Source: Macrostomum lignano (Eukaryota). Taken from it: 64,000 nt of DNA. Made by a program: the position numbers and the translations under genes. The stretch lies in contig NIVC01000087.1 of NCBI GenBank assembly GCA_002269645.1, positions 744,001-808,000 of the forward strand. The letters are read 5' to 3'. Below the pieces are notes generated by a model. It did not search any database, was not told the origin of the DNA, and was given only the letters and a program-made list of their open reading frames with translations. Shown here in pieces: positions 34,701 to 59,773 of the stretch. Every line of letters begins with the position of its first letter. The first letter of the stretch is position 1.

Positions 34701-37202
34701 TAGATTTAATGCCAACTTAGTTTGTTAAATTTTTATGAATTCCCAGCGACTCGCTAGCCAAAAAGAGTGAATCCAGACAGAAATTATAAGACATTATAAG
34801 TTATTGACTATAAACACGCCAGTAATCGTTTCTTACGAGCGTAAACTATGAAATCAAACATCTAACTACTTTTTCAGTAGCAAGTTTTGTTTTTTAGCAC
34901 TAGTATACGTAACTACTACTGAATTGAAAGTAGCTTAGCCCTCGTAATTTCTCACAACAAAAATCATTTTTGAAAACTGCCTATTTTACAGCAAGCCAGC
35001 GCCAACGATGGCGCCACCCTAGTCGGTGTTGACCTATGGAATGCTGACAAATTCTGGGTAGGAAATCCTTTAGGGAAACTGGCAGGATAATATTATTAAC
35101 ATCAATTTTTTAGCATGTCGAGAATCGAACGAAGTTTGTTAGTAATATTAGTAAAAATGCATGAAAAATTTGTTGAGTTTTTTATAAAGTAAAATAGGAT
35201 AGAATTTTATGTACTACTAACAGGAACAGAAACCTGCTTGTACTTTTTGGCATCTATTGCTCGTGTGAAGTCGACATATTAAAGCATGGCTATTGTTTTC
35301 AGAGTGATAATAATAAAAATAATTGACTACACCTGCCCTAATGGGCACATGTGCAACCGACAGCTCAGCCGCAGCTATTGCGCGGCGCATCTGAAGGCTG
35401 CGTACGGCTGTTCAGTCCAAGCACTGGGGGGTTGCCACACACACCCTCAATTACCCCAGCTAATGCTGGCACCCATTTTACAGCTGGGTGAACTGAAGCA
35501 ATGCAGGGTTAGGAGTCTTGCTTAAGGACACAGATTGTTCCAGTGGGATCGGGAATCGAACCTCCGACTTTTCAGTCGTGAGTCCGAAACTCTAACCACT
35601 AGGCTACAACCCCCGTTAGAGGTTGAGGATTGACGTTAGAGTTAGAGTGACGTTAAAGTGGTGAAACCTCAAAGATAGGGTGATAATCTTTGAGGTTTAG
35701 GTATTGTGATAAAACTTACGGACTGTGGAGTTTAGGGATTGTGGAGTTTAGGGATTGTGGAGTTTAGGGATTGTGGAGTTTAGGGATTGTGGAGTTTAGG
35801 GATTGTGGAGTTTAGGGATTGTGGAGTTTAGGGACTGTGGAGTTTAGGGATTGTGGAGTTTAGGGATTGTGGAGTTTAGGGATTGTGGAGTTTAGGGATT
35901 GTGGAGTTTAGGGATTGTGGAGTTTAGGGACTGTGGAGTTTAGGGATTGTGGAGTTTAGGGATTGTGGAGTTTAGGGATTGTGGAGTTTAGGGACTGTGG
36001 AGTTTAGGGATTGTGGAGTTTAGGGACTGTGGAGTTTAGGGACTGTGGAGTTTAGGGATTGTGGAGTTTAGGGATTGTGGAGTTTAGGGACTGTGGAGTT
36101 TAGGGATTGTGGAGTTTAGGGACTGTGGAGTTTAGGGATTGTGGAGTTTAGGGATTGTGGAGTTTAGGGACTGTGGAGTTTAGGGATTGTGGAGTTTAGG
36201 GATTGTGATGAAGTCAATCCGTTGGCATTTGCAGTCTGACTCGGCCGCCCAGGCGCCGCCGCCCCCGGCCAACCTGTACAACCCGGCTGCCTACGTTGCC
36301 CAGCATCCGCCCGGCCTGCCGCAGCCGCCGCACGCGAATCCGCTGACTGCTCCGCCGCCAATTAGCCAGATGCCGACTGCTAATGTGCCGCCAAGTCCGC
36401 ATGATAAAGTGAAACATCCGTCTGGTGGCGGTCGACGTTCTCGTAACACTTCAATGTGCAGCGACAAAGGTTCCGACGCTGCCGGAGCATCTGCTGCCGC
36501 TGCCGCTGCCACCGCCTCGCAGCCGGCTGTCTTGCCTGACCAATTCAAGCACTTTCCTCGCGTTCTCGGCGACCTTGTTGGAGCCTGTCGGCTACAGAGC
36601 GCCGCTACGTCGCGGAAGCGTCAGGTCACTGTCAAGATGGACGACGTTGAACGGAAGCTGGCGGCCCTATATGAGTTATTGGCTCAGAATAAGGTATGGT
36701 CTGGGGCCGCGACTGGGGCCGTGGGCCTGGGGTACTCAGGCCCACCATAACAGCAACTGGGGGTACTCAAGCCCACCAGACCAGCAACTGGGGGTACTCA
36801 GGCCCACCAAACCAGCAACTGGGGGTACTCAGGCCCACCATAACAGCAACTGGGGGTACTCAAGCCCACCAGACCAGCAACTGGGGGTATTCAGGCCCAC
36901 CAGACCAGCAACTGGGGGTACTCAGGCTCATATATAGACAAACTATACCAATCAGCAATCCAATGCCAAGTAATCTATATTAAACATTCTTATCCATTCC
37001 ACACTGCCCTCCCCAGCTATCGCAGCCAGTACTGGATGGCCTAACCGCTATAGTACAAAATCTGCAACAGAAGGCTATGCAGGAGGCGCTGGGCTGGGTG
37101 AATCACGTGATTCAATCCGCCAACTTTGCTGAGATTCGCACCTTCATGCCAGGCGTGAAAGTGCTAGTACAGACGGCTATTGAAGTTGGCGTCACGCCCT
37201 GA
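28726..37202 (+). CDS. SEC31: COPII outer coat protein Sec31. Exons 28726-28838, 29334-29888, 30760-31081, 31545-32987, 33421-33861, 36235-36693 and 37017-37202; 1172 aa.
   Basis: N-terminus MKIKQIQRTSVATWSP...LAAGTSAHQLDATFS, WD40 repeats, PKWMRPRCGARFGFGGRLVSF, ACE1 helical region, Pro-rich linker with GWNDPP, and C-terminal FMPGVKVLVQTA. All junctions are GT-AG and phase-compatible; total 3519 nt. Confidence 0.96.
30015..30485. repeat. About 31-33-bp minisatellite in SEC31 intron 2, the reverse-complement relative of the 3284-3570 array
   Basis: Unit agccttgacatctcagcaattcccctctgt; its reverse complement contains gggaattgctgagatgtcaaggct. Confidence 0.92.
31239..31512 (+). mobile_element. 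tRNA-derived SINE (copy 1) in SEC31 intron 3
   Basis: Box A (TAGCCTAGTGG) and box B (GGTTCGATTCC), followed by a body (gtatccctgagtaagacacttaac...cacccagctgta...aaaatggg) resembling the conserved CORE/Meta-type SINE domain. A homologous copy lies at 35383-35614. Confidence 0.9.
34255..34510. repeat. 66-bp tandem repeat, about 4 copies, in SEC31 intron 5
   Basis: tctctcctta at 34261 and 34327. Confidence 0.85.
34992..35057 (+). CDS. Candidate 66-nt in-frame cassette exon of SEC31 (QASANDGATLVGVDLWNADKFW)
   Basis: Acceptor ctattttacag| and donor TGG|GTAGGA, phase 0 on both sides like the flanking exons, no stop, and a local GC-rich patch. No homology or expression evidence. Confidence 0.4.
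35383..35614 (-). mobile_element. tRNA-derived SINE (copy 2) in SEC31 intron 5, opposite orientation to copy 1
   Basis: The reverse complement reads gggggttgtagcctagtggttagag...ggttcgattcccgatcccac...cacccagctgtaaaatggg...ccttcagatgcg and is collinear with 31239-31490. Confidence 0.9.
35720..36207. repeat. 16-bp minisatellite (gggattgtggagttta), about 30 copies, ending about 28 nt before a SEC31 acceptor
   Basis: Direct periodicity. Confidence 0.95.
36700..36930. repeat. 31-bp minisatellite (gggggtactcaggcccaccagaccagcaact) directly after the SEC31 exon 6 donor
   Basis: ccagcaact at 36781 and 36812. Confidence 0.92.
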
Positions 37203-38742
37203 ACAAGCGGCAGGCATCGATGATTGATTAATTTATGAGCAATTTATGACAACTTAAAACTAATCGCTTAAATATTAATATTGCTGCTTGCTACTGTTAG
37301 TAGTTTAACTAAATCGATAGTTGACACATTTTCCCGTCTAATTTCTACTCCCTATATACATTATATTCTGATTGATTAACCTGCTGTTTGCTTATACAAG
37401 TATACTTTATCTCTTTCGAATATATACTACAACTAGTAGTAATATTTAATTATAGCTTCATTTTTGTTCTGTACGACAGAGTAAAATGCAATCCTTAACA
37501 TAAAATTTTCACCTTTAGTTTCGCTGTCTATTACTTTACTCTGTCAAGTTGGTGTTATTTTTTTTAAACTTTGCGGTGTTTGAGATTTTCAATTTGTTTT
37601 TGTGCTAACTGTTAGTCAGTGTGTTTGCCTAGTAAGAGTTATTATATTTATTTATTAGATACTGGTAGTAGAGAGGCAGTTATGAAATTTGCTTACGAGC
37701 GTAAGTGCACGTTTTCTCCTGAGGCCCCTTCAATTAAACTTTGTTAAACGCGTGCCTATGAAGCCAAACATTTCTCGTATTGCATCAACTATATTTGTTT
37801 GTCTATCTATTATATGCATGCGTGTTTGTTTGTTTGACGCTTGAATAACTATGGATAATCAATTAATTAATTAATTAATTGCTTGGGAATCGGGTTTTTT
37901 TCTTATAATCCTTCAACAGATTGTCCGTGTTTCCCGCTGAATGCGCTACTGTAAGTAGGCACAGGATTTGTTGATTCTATTTACCTGTTTTTCTGATTGT
38001 TATATAACTAATTGTTGGCCTAAACATTGTATCAGCAGTCTATTCTCGCACCTTATCTGTGCTTTTAAACACCTGCATATCTCTATTTAAAATACTAATA
38101 ATCCCCAACGATTGCGACCCTCCTCCCACAAAGTCATAAAGAGGCATCAATGTTTCTGGTGGCGAACTTCTGGTGATTATCATCATTGAATTATTGAAAA
38201 AACGCAATTAAAAATGATTAAAACTTGCTAATTATTGATTAAAAATATATGAATTTGAGATCCTCGCCCGGAACAGCGGAGCTTTTCTGCTTCTTTGTTG
38301 CTGCTTTAACTATATAATCCTGATGTACTTGATCGCTGTTCCGGGTTGCTGGTTTTGTCTTCTTTGATCGAATTTGCTTTCTTTTTCTTGCTTCTTTTAA
38401 TAATGTAGTGTCAGCAGTTTATCAGAACCAAACCCCTTTCCCTAATATCTTAACGCGTAATAATGTGGTCAGGAGTCAGCGGAATCAGGTGTCACCACTG
38501 GTTGTGGGCCGAAACTAATTGAGAATTAGTGAAATCCCGGGCAGGTGTGTAGCTTTCAAATCTCGTGTGAAGTCGGAATTGTGACAATTTCTCTGATATT
38601 TTCCTGGCTTGTCAAATAAGGGCACACGTAGGCATTAGTAGCTACTAGTAATATAGACTAGTAGTATTATGCCCTGTTCCCATCCATTAGCTAAAGGCTG
38701 TTGCCGCTCTCTTCAGGCTAGCCGTCACCAGCCGTAGCTACT

Positions 38743-43295
<4,553 letters not shown>

Positions 43296-43459
43296 ATGAT
43301 TTCCTCAGATTTCCTAACCTTTCCTGCGTTTCTTCGCTTTCTGCAGTTGCTTCTACTTGAACTTTATTAGCGTTTTTTCTAAGCTTTTATGGCCTGTTTG
43401 GGCATTTGCTGTGATTCTTTGTACCTAACGGTGTATTATGACCTGTCGCTCACCCACAT

Positions 43460-44297
43460 CCTAAGTTGCTGGGCCAGCCTCCCAGATCCTCAGTTGCTGA
43501 GTCACCCTCCCAGATCCTCAGTTGCTGGACCAGCCTCCCAGATCCTCAGTTGCTAGGCCAGCCTCCCAGATCCTCAGTTGCTAGGCCAGCCTCCCAGATC
43601 CTCAGTTGCTAGGCCAGCCTCCCAGATCCTCAGTTCCTAGGTCAGCCTCCCAGATCCTCAGTTGCGGAGCCACCAGCCTCCCAGATCCTCAGTTGCTAGG
43701 TCAGCCTCCCAGATCCTCAGTTACGGAGCCACCAGCCTCCCAGATCCTCAGTTGCTAGGTCAGCCTCCCAGATCCTCAGTTACGGAGCCACCAGCCTCCC
43801 AGATCCTCAGTTGCTAGGTCAGCCTCCCAGATCCTCAGTTGCTAGGCCAGCCTCCCAGATCCTCAGTTGCTAGGTCAGCCTCCCAGATCCTCAGTTGCTA
43901 GGCCAGCCTCCCAGATCCTCAGTTGCTAGGTCAGCCTCCCAGATCCTCAGTTACGGAGCCACCAGCCTCCCAGATCCTCAGTTGCTAGGTCAGCCTCCCA
44001 GATCCTCAGTTGCTAGGCCAGCCTCCCAGATCCTCAGTTGCTAGGTCAGCCTCCCAGATCCTCAGTTGCGGAGCCACCAGCCTCCCAGATCCTCAGTTGC
44101 TAGGTCAGCCTCCCAGATCCTCAGTTGCTAGGTCAGACTCCCAGATCCTCAGTTGCTAGGTCAGCCTCCCAGATCCTCAGTTGCTAGGTCAGACTCCCAG
44201 ATCCTCAGTTACTAGGTCAGACTCCCAGATCCTCAGTTGCTAGGCCAGCCTCCCAGATCCTCAGTTGCTAGGTCAGCCTCCCAGATCCTCAGTTGCT
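43460..44297. repeat. 28-bp (with 31-bp variant) minisatellite (ccagcctcccagatcctcagttgctagg) downstream of the PI4KB stop
   Basis: gcctccc at 43561 and 43589. Confidence 0.95.
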
Positions 44298-44669
44298 TGT
44301 CTGCCAGCACCCCAAGATCCATATTATTTTTTCTTAAGAATAGAATTTCACAGCCAGTAATGGATTAGTAAATGCCGATTTATAATTTTTTGCCATTTTT
44401 GTAGAGAACAAACAGTTTATGTTGAAAGAATCCCATCTACTTTTTAGTTCGAACATCAATTCGCGCCCTCATTTTACGAGGCCAGTTTTATTTTCGGTGT
44501 TTACTGTGTTGTTTTTACACTTATCATCACTATATACAATAGTATTGTCTTTAAGTGGTCAGTCACGTATTTTTACTTTATATATCAAATGTTTAACTGT
44601 TAATGGATCTCTGTGCACATTACAACGAAAATGTGATGTTGTCTTTGCGACTATCAGTGTGTTTCTATG

Positions 44670-45547
44670 TCCCAATCTATGGTGCAGGTTTCCCAATGAA
44701 TGAAGCATTTTCCCCATCTATGATGCAGGTTTCCCAATGAATAATGCAGGTTTCCCAATGAATGATGCAGGTTTCCCAATCTATGATGCAGGTTTCCCAA
44801 TCTATGATGCAGGTTTCCCAATCTATGATGCAGGTTTCCCAATCTATGATGCAGGTTTCCCAATCTATGATGCAGGTTTCCCAATCTATGATGCAGGTTT
44901 CCCAATCTATGATGCAGGTTTCTTAATGAATGATGCAGGTTTCCCAATGAATGATGCAGGTTTCCCAATCTATGGTGCAGGTTTCCCAATGAATGAAGCA
45001 TTTTCCCCATCTATGATGCAGGTTTCCCAATGAATAATGCAGGTTTCCCAATGAATGATGCAGGTTTCCCAATCTATGATGCAGGTTTCCCAATCTATGA
45101 TGCAGGTTTCCCAATCTATGATGCAGGTTTCCCAATCTATGATGCAGGTTTCCCAATCTATGATGCAGGTTTCCCAATCTATGATGCAGGTTTCCCAATC
45201 TATGATGCAGGTTTCTTAATGAATGATGCAGGTTTCCCAATGAATGATGCAGGTTTCCCAATGAATGATGCAGGTTTCCCAATCTATGATGCAGGTTTCC
45301 CAATCTATGATGCAGGTTTCCCAATCTATGATGCAGGTTTCCCAATCTATGATGCAGGTTTCCCAATGAATGATGCAGGTTTCCCAATGAATGATGCAGG
45401 TTTCCCAATGAATGATGCAGGTTTCCCAATGAATGATGCAGGTTTCCCAATCTATGATGCAAGTTTCCCAATCTATGATGCAGGTTTTCCAATCAATGAT
45501 GCAGGTTTCCCAATGAATGATGCAGGTTTCCCAATGAATGATGCAGG
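44670..45547. repeat. 21-bp minisatellite (atgatgcaggtttcccaatct/ga) with a 293-bp higher-order duplication
   Basis: 7-aa repeat ORFs. The diagnostic variant block recurs at 44681 and 44974. Confidence 0.95.
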
Positions 45548-47136
45548 TATATTTTACAACACAGGTATTTCATTTGAGCTGGCATTGATCGTAAAATATT
45601 TTGTGCGGTCGCATTGAAAATTAATTTTTTTCTTATTATTTGTATTCTACGCTTGTATCTTAAATACTTGTGCGGTAATTTTCGGATATATAAATGCAGT
45701 TTAACAATAACTATGAGCATTAGCTATTGCATTCTATTAGCGAACAACGCATAAATTCGCATTTTGCGCCTCTAAAAGCCATGCTTTATATCAGTTTTTT
45801 ATTTATCGAAAAAATTACGTTTTACCATGCTCGCACTTTGGTACTACTATATTATTCGCGCTATTAAGTAGTATGTGTATACTTATTCTCTGTGTGCTTT
45901 GTGCTTTGTGTACTTATTATCTGTGAGCGAGTTTATTTGTGTTTATATTAGTTATGTTGTAGCGCAAATATGTGTCTCCTTTGTTTATTTTTAATTTGTC
46001 CCAACCTTTCCATGGAAGTACTTCTTAAGATTCGGCTGCATGGTTTATTTCAGGATCAGACTGGTGTTAAAGGAGCTTCCCATGTTATGACAGAGTGACT
46101 ACAAAATAATTAGAATAAATATCTGAAAATTTCCCTGTGGTCACAAGCAATCTTTCAAGCTTTAATCAGATTTCTAAGCTTATTATGCGCATTCAGATGT
46201 CTGTAAAATATCGTGTTGTATAGCTAAGAGTACTATATATAGTTTGTGTGTTCTGTGATTTGCGCTAATTCAGAGATTACCGCGTTATATATACGGCACC
46301 ATTGTTTCGTCTGCAACCAGTTCTATACGTGAACTTCCAGACAGATCTGTATCTCTTCTCATTCTACTGGAATTGAATCAATTGTTTCTGTGTAGTCATC
46401 GGTTCATTGTAAAATCCTTATTATATTATTGTAATAAGTACCTGATAAATACATGGATTCCTTATAATTTAATTGCATTGATAATTTGCTTCTGAAGCTT
46501 GCGAAAAGATATTAATTGACAGAGACAGACAAATTATATTTCATTGATTAATTTTTATATTTATACATTAGTCGACCGCTGATAGAACTATGTGCATGTG
46601 TGTAAATTGGTGCCAAGTCACATGCATTATATCTAGGCATTATTAAATAAACAAACTGTAGATAAATCCTGCATTAAATATTAAGTAGTACAGGTATTTG
46701 TGCAAAATCACGTGCATATAATATTGTATATACATAAGTAGGAATTGCATCATGTAATAAGAAATGATAATAAAATGTTATAGTGACAACCGCAAGCATT
46801 GCACAATAGGTAGCTTATGATTTTCAATAATTCAATCAGTTTGCCCCGAACCAGTCTCAGGTTACTGAGACCGTCTGTCTGGCAATAAATATTCTTTAAT
46901 AAACATAATTAGTGCGCTGTACAAGCATCACAGCGGATAAATGCCTGGGTGGGGAGTTATGTGTGCCCTACCTGTCCTATAGTAAAGTCTTGGGTCGCAT
47001 CTACATGTACTTATACCTTATGACAGTGTGTTTACACGATTGCTTTATACTAAGAACTGTGTATAGAGAGATTCTAGAGTGATTGCCAATCGAACATCTG
47101 TTAAGGCTTTTAATTAGCCTATATACGACATGTTGG

Positions 47137-56080
<8,944 letters not shown>

Positions 56081-56082
56081 TG

Positions 56083-56352
56083 AGTGTGACCCTCTGTTAC
56101 TATTGTGTGACCCTCTGTTACTATTGTGTGACCCTCTGTTACTATTGTGTGACCCTCTGTTACCATTGTGTGACCCTCTGTTACTATTGTGTGACCCTCT
56201 GTTACCATTGTGTGACCCTCTGTTACTATTGTGTGACCCTCAGTTACTATTGTGTGACCCTCAGTTACTATTGTGTGACCCTCAGTTACTATTGTGTGAC
56301 CCTCTGTTACTATTGAGAGTGTGACCTTCTGTTACTATTGAGAGTGTGACCC
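56083..56352. repeat. 21-bp minisatellite (gtgtgaccctctgttactatt) abutting the PKDCC 5' coding region
   Basis: Direct periodicity. Confidence 0.95.
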
Positions 56353-57152
56353 TATGAGCATATGCCAACACTGTACTCAGGCACGCACTCTTACACACGC
56401 TGCCACAGGATGTACAGCGGGCCTGACTGTCTAATTCTCTAGCTCCCTGGGCTAGTGTTTCGTGCACAGGACTCGCTATCCTTCACCACACCCGCTCATC
56501 AACTCTGCGGAAATCCGACACACTACACTAGAAAGAGACAGACAGCGGCAACTGTCAGAAAGGCATGGCAACTGACTGGGTGCCAAGGGGATGCTGGATG
56601 CTCTGGGCCTTTGTGAAACTGACCTCCCTGTCTGTCAGCCAAAAAGTCAAGCGCAATGGCCATCCCTTGATCTGCTTGTTAGCCAAAGCAGGCAGGCAGG
56701 TTTGGGTGCAGCAGATCAGAAGCACGATGAAGCAAGCTGTGTGAGTGCAGGGATGTCACCTGGCTTAAACAACCCTTCGTTCAAGTGTTAGGGATGTAAC
56801 CACGTACTAAACTTCATAGGGTAGCCTTTAGCCCTAAACCAGATGTAGCATACTACTAACCCTATTCGCAAGATTCAATTCAAGTTCGAAAGTTTAGAAA
56901 AGTTCCGTAATTATGATCAATCTTAACTTTGACAGTGTACACTGTAAAATTTCGTTGTTTTAAATGACCGATTGTCATTTTGTCATTTCCATTTTTTGGG
57001 TTTAGGCAAGGAATTCTAAATGCTAGATTTAGAATTCCTTGGTTTAGGGCTATTCTTTAACCTTAGTTGCTGTTAACCATAAACCATAGATGCATCTTTT
57101 ACAGATACAGATCTGTTGCCTGCGTGTATTAAACTTTCCTACTGGAATCCAC

Positions 57153-57768
57153 CAGAGGCGGATTTAGAAATATAAAATGAGGGGAGTGGATTTTAACCAT
57201 AAGAGTGGTGTGCCGTAGTATAGACGAGAGGGGCGCCATAGTATAGACGAGAGGAGCGCCATAATATACACTAGAGGGGCGCCATAATATACACTAGAGG
57301 GGCGTCATAATATAGACGAGAAGGGCGCCATAGTATAGACGAGAGGGGCGTTATAATATAAACAAGAGGGGCGTTATAATATAGACAAGAGGGGCGCCAT
57401 AATATACACTAGAGGGGCGCCATAATATACACTAGAGGGACGCCATAATATAGACAAGAGGGGCGCCATAGACAAGAGGGGCGCCATAGACAAGAGGGGC
57501 GCCATAATATAGACAAGAGGGGCGCCATAGACAAGAGGGACGCCATAATATAGACAAGAGGAGCGCCATAGACAAGAGGGACGCCATAATATAGACAAGA
57601 GGAGCGCCATAGACAAGAGGGACGCCATAATATAGACAAGAGGGGCGCCATAATATAGACAAGAGAGGCGCCATACTGAGCAAACTGAGGGCGGTGAGGA
57701 CCTTATTAGCCCAAAAGAAAAAGGGGCCAGCCACAAGATGGGGGCGGTCCCCCTTAAATCCGCCCCTG
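57153..57768. mobile_element. 616-bp non-autonomous hAT element with an internal 17/23-bp minisatellite (gaggggcgccataatatagacaa)
   Basis: TIRs CAGAGGCGGATTTA / TAAATCCGCCCCTG and perfect 8-bp TSD GAATCCAC (57145-57152 / 57769-57776). Confidence 0.92.
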
Positions 57769-58614
57769 GAATCCACTAATAACTTCGAGTACTAAATTCC
57801 AGTAAAGAGTCTTCTCTGTAAACTCACCTCCGGTATGCTGCATCTCCTTTTTTGGTTCTAAAGAATCAAAATAGCAAGTCTCTGCCCAGTGTCTACTCTA
57901 TAATCAATTAGAGTTGATCTATCCTTGGATTCTCAAAAAAAACTTCTCAGCGCTTTACTGTAGCCTAAGCACTCTCCACACTGCTACACCAGGACAAGCG
58001 TGTGATTGTTGGCGGCATGAGTGAGGACAGCGGTTTATAGCCCCCGCTGCCTGCGGGAGGAGGCGTTCGGGCGTGGAACCACCACCCTCTCCCAACCCCC
58101 AGGTCCAATTATCGCTTCGCTATAGACAATTGTCACTCTCTCTCTCTTCCCGCCCACTCCGTAATGACGCCCAGCAGCGTAGAGCTTACTACTGCTGCTC
58201 CTGGATTATAGTAATAGCCATAGCTCGATTTTGATTGGCTAAAGCCGGATAGACCAATGGGAGACACAGCCTAGTGCTACAGTGGTTAAGCATTCAGGGG
58301 ACTGGTGTCAGTGGGGAGTGAATCCCCAGACTGAACTAAATTGGAGAAAGCTGGACAGAAATAAGCAACATTTCACGGATGCAGTGGAAGCTGAGTGGGT
58401 GTTTGCTACGCCCAGACCCTGGACTTACAAGCTTTCCTCAGGCCCCCTATTTTGGACACCAGTAGAGCACTAGACTGACTAGCTCACTGCTACGCGAGTT
58501 TAGATTCTAAGCAATAGCCTATGAGATAGTCTCTATGAGCCATGAACTACTATCAGCGCTACTGATATATTAGCACTGATTTGCCTAGCCTTCGTTTGCA
58601 CTTGATTGGACAAA

Positions 58615-59535
58615 TTAGCTATGAGATTAGCTATGAGATTAACTTGCTCGTATGAGCTATGAGCTATGAACTGAGCTATGAGCTATGAGCTATGAGCTAT
58701 GAACTGAGCTATGAGCTATGAGCTATGAGTTATGAGCTATGAGCTATGAGCTATGAACTGAGCTATGAGCTATGAGCTATGAGCTATGAGCTATGAGCTA
58801 TGAACTGAGCTATGAGCTATGAGCTATGAGCTATGAACTGAGCTATGAGCTATGAGCTATGAGCTATGAGCTATGAACTGAGCTATGAGCTATGAGCTAT
58901 GAGCTATGAGCTATGAGCTATGAACTGAGCTATGAGCTATGAGCTATGAGCTATGAACTGAGCTATGAGCTATGAGCTATGAGCTATGAGCTATGAGCTA
59001 TGAACTGAGCTATGAGCTATGAGCTATGAGCTATGAACTGAGCTATGAGCTATGAGCTATGAGCTATGAGCTATGAACTGAGCTATTAGCTATGAGCTAT
59101 GAGCTATGAACTGAGCTATGAGCTATGAACTGAGCTATGAGCTATGAGCTATGAGCTATGAATTGAGCTATGAGCTATGAGCTATGAACTGAGCTATGAG
59201 CTATGAGCTATGAACTGAGCTATGAGCTATGAGCTATGAACTGAGCTATGAGCTATGAGCTATGAGCTATGAACTGAGCTATGAGCTATGAGCTATGAGC
59301 TATGAGCTATGAGCTATGAGCTATGAGCTATGAACTGAGCTATGAGCTATGAGCTATGAGCTATGAACTGAGCTATGAGCTATGAGCTATGAGCTATGAG
59401 CTATGAGCTATGAGCTATGAGCTATGAGCTATGAGCTATGAGCTATGAGCTATGAGCTATGAGCTATTAGCTATGAGCTTCGAGCTATGAGCTATGACCT
59501 ATGAGCCATAAGCTATGAGCCATGAGCTATGAGCC
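58615..59535. repeat. (GAGCTAT)n 7-bp satellite punctuated by GAACT
   Basis: Direct periodicity. Confidence 0.97.
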
Positions 59536-59773
59536 ATGAGCTAGGAGCCGTGAGTCACAAGCTGAGCTATGACTTATCACCTGTAAGCAGCAGAATCTGC
59601 TGTATGTACACTGGAAAAGAAACTTCAGGTCATTGGTATCTGACAGTGCTGGTTTTGAGACAGAGCTGCTACTCCAAGGTCCTGGCCTCATGTCTCTCTT
59701 TGTTAAACTTTGCAATTGGCTTTTTTACAAAGCGAAAGAAAGCCTTCTCATTCACGCGCTCAAACAAAATCCC

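Noticed and set aside
31239-35614. tRNA genes at 31239-31312 and 35540-35614
   Set aside because: The two heads have different anticodon-position triplets (CTC vs CAC) and continue into a shared non-tRNA body, so they are SINEs rather than tRNA genes.
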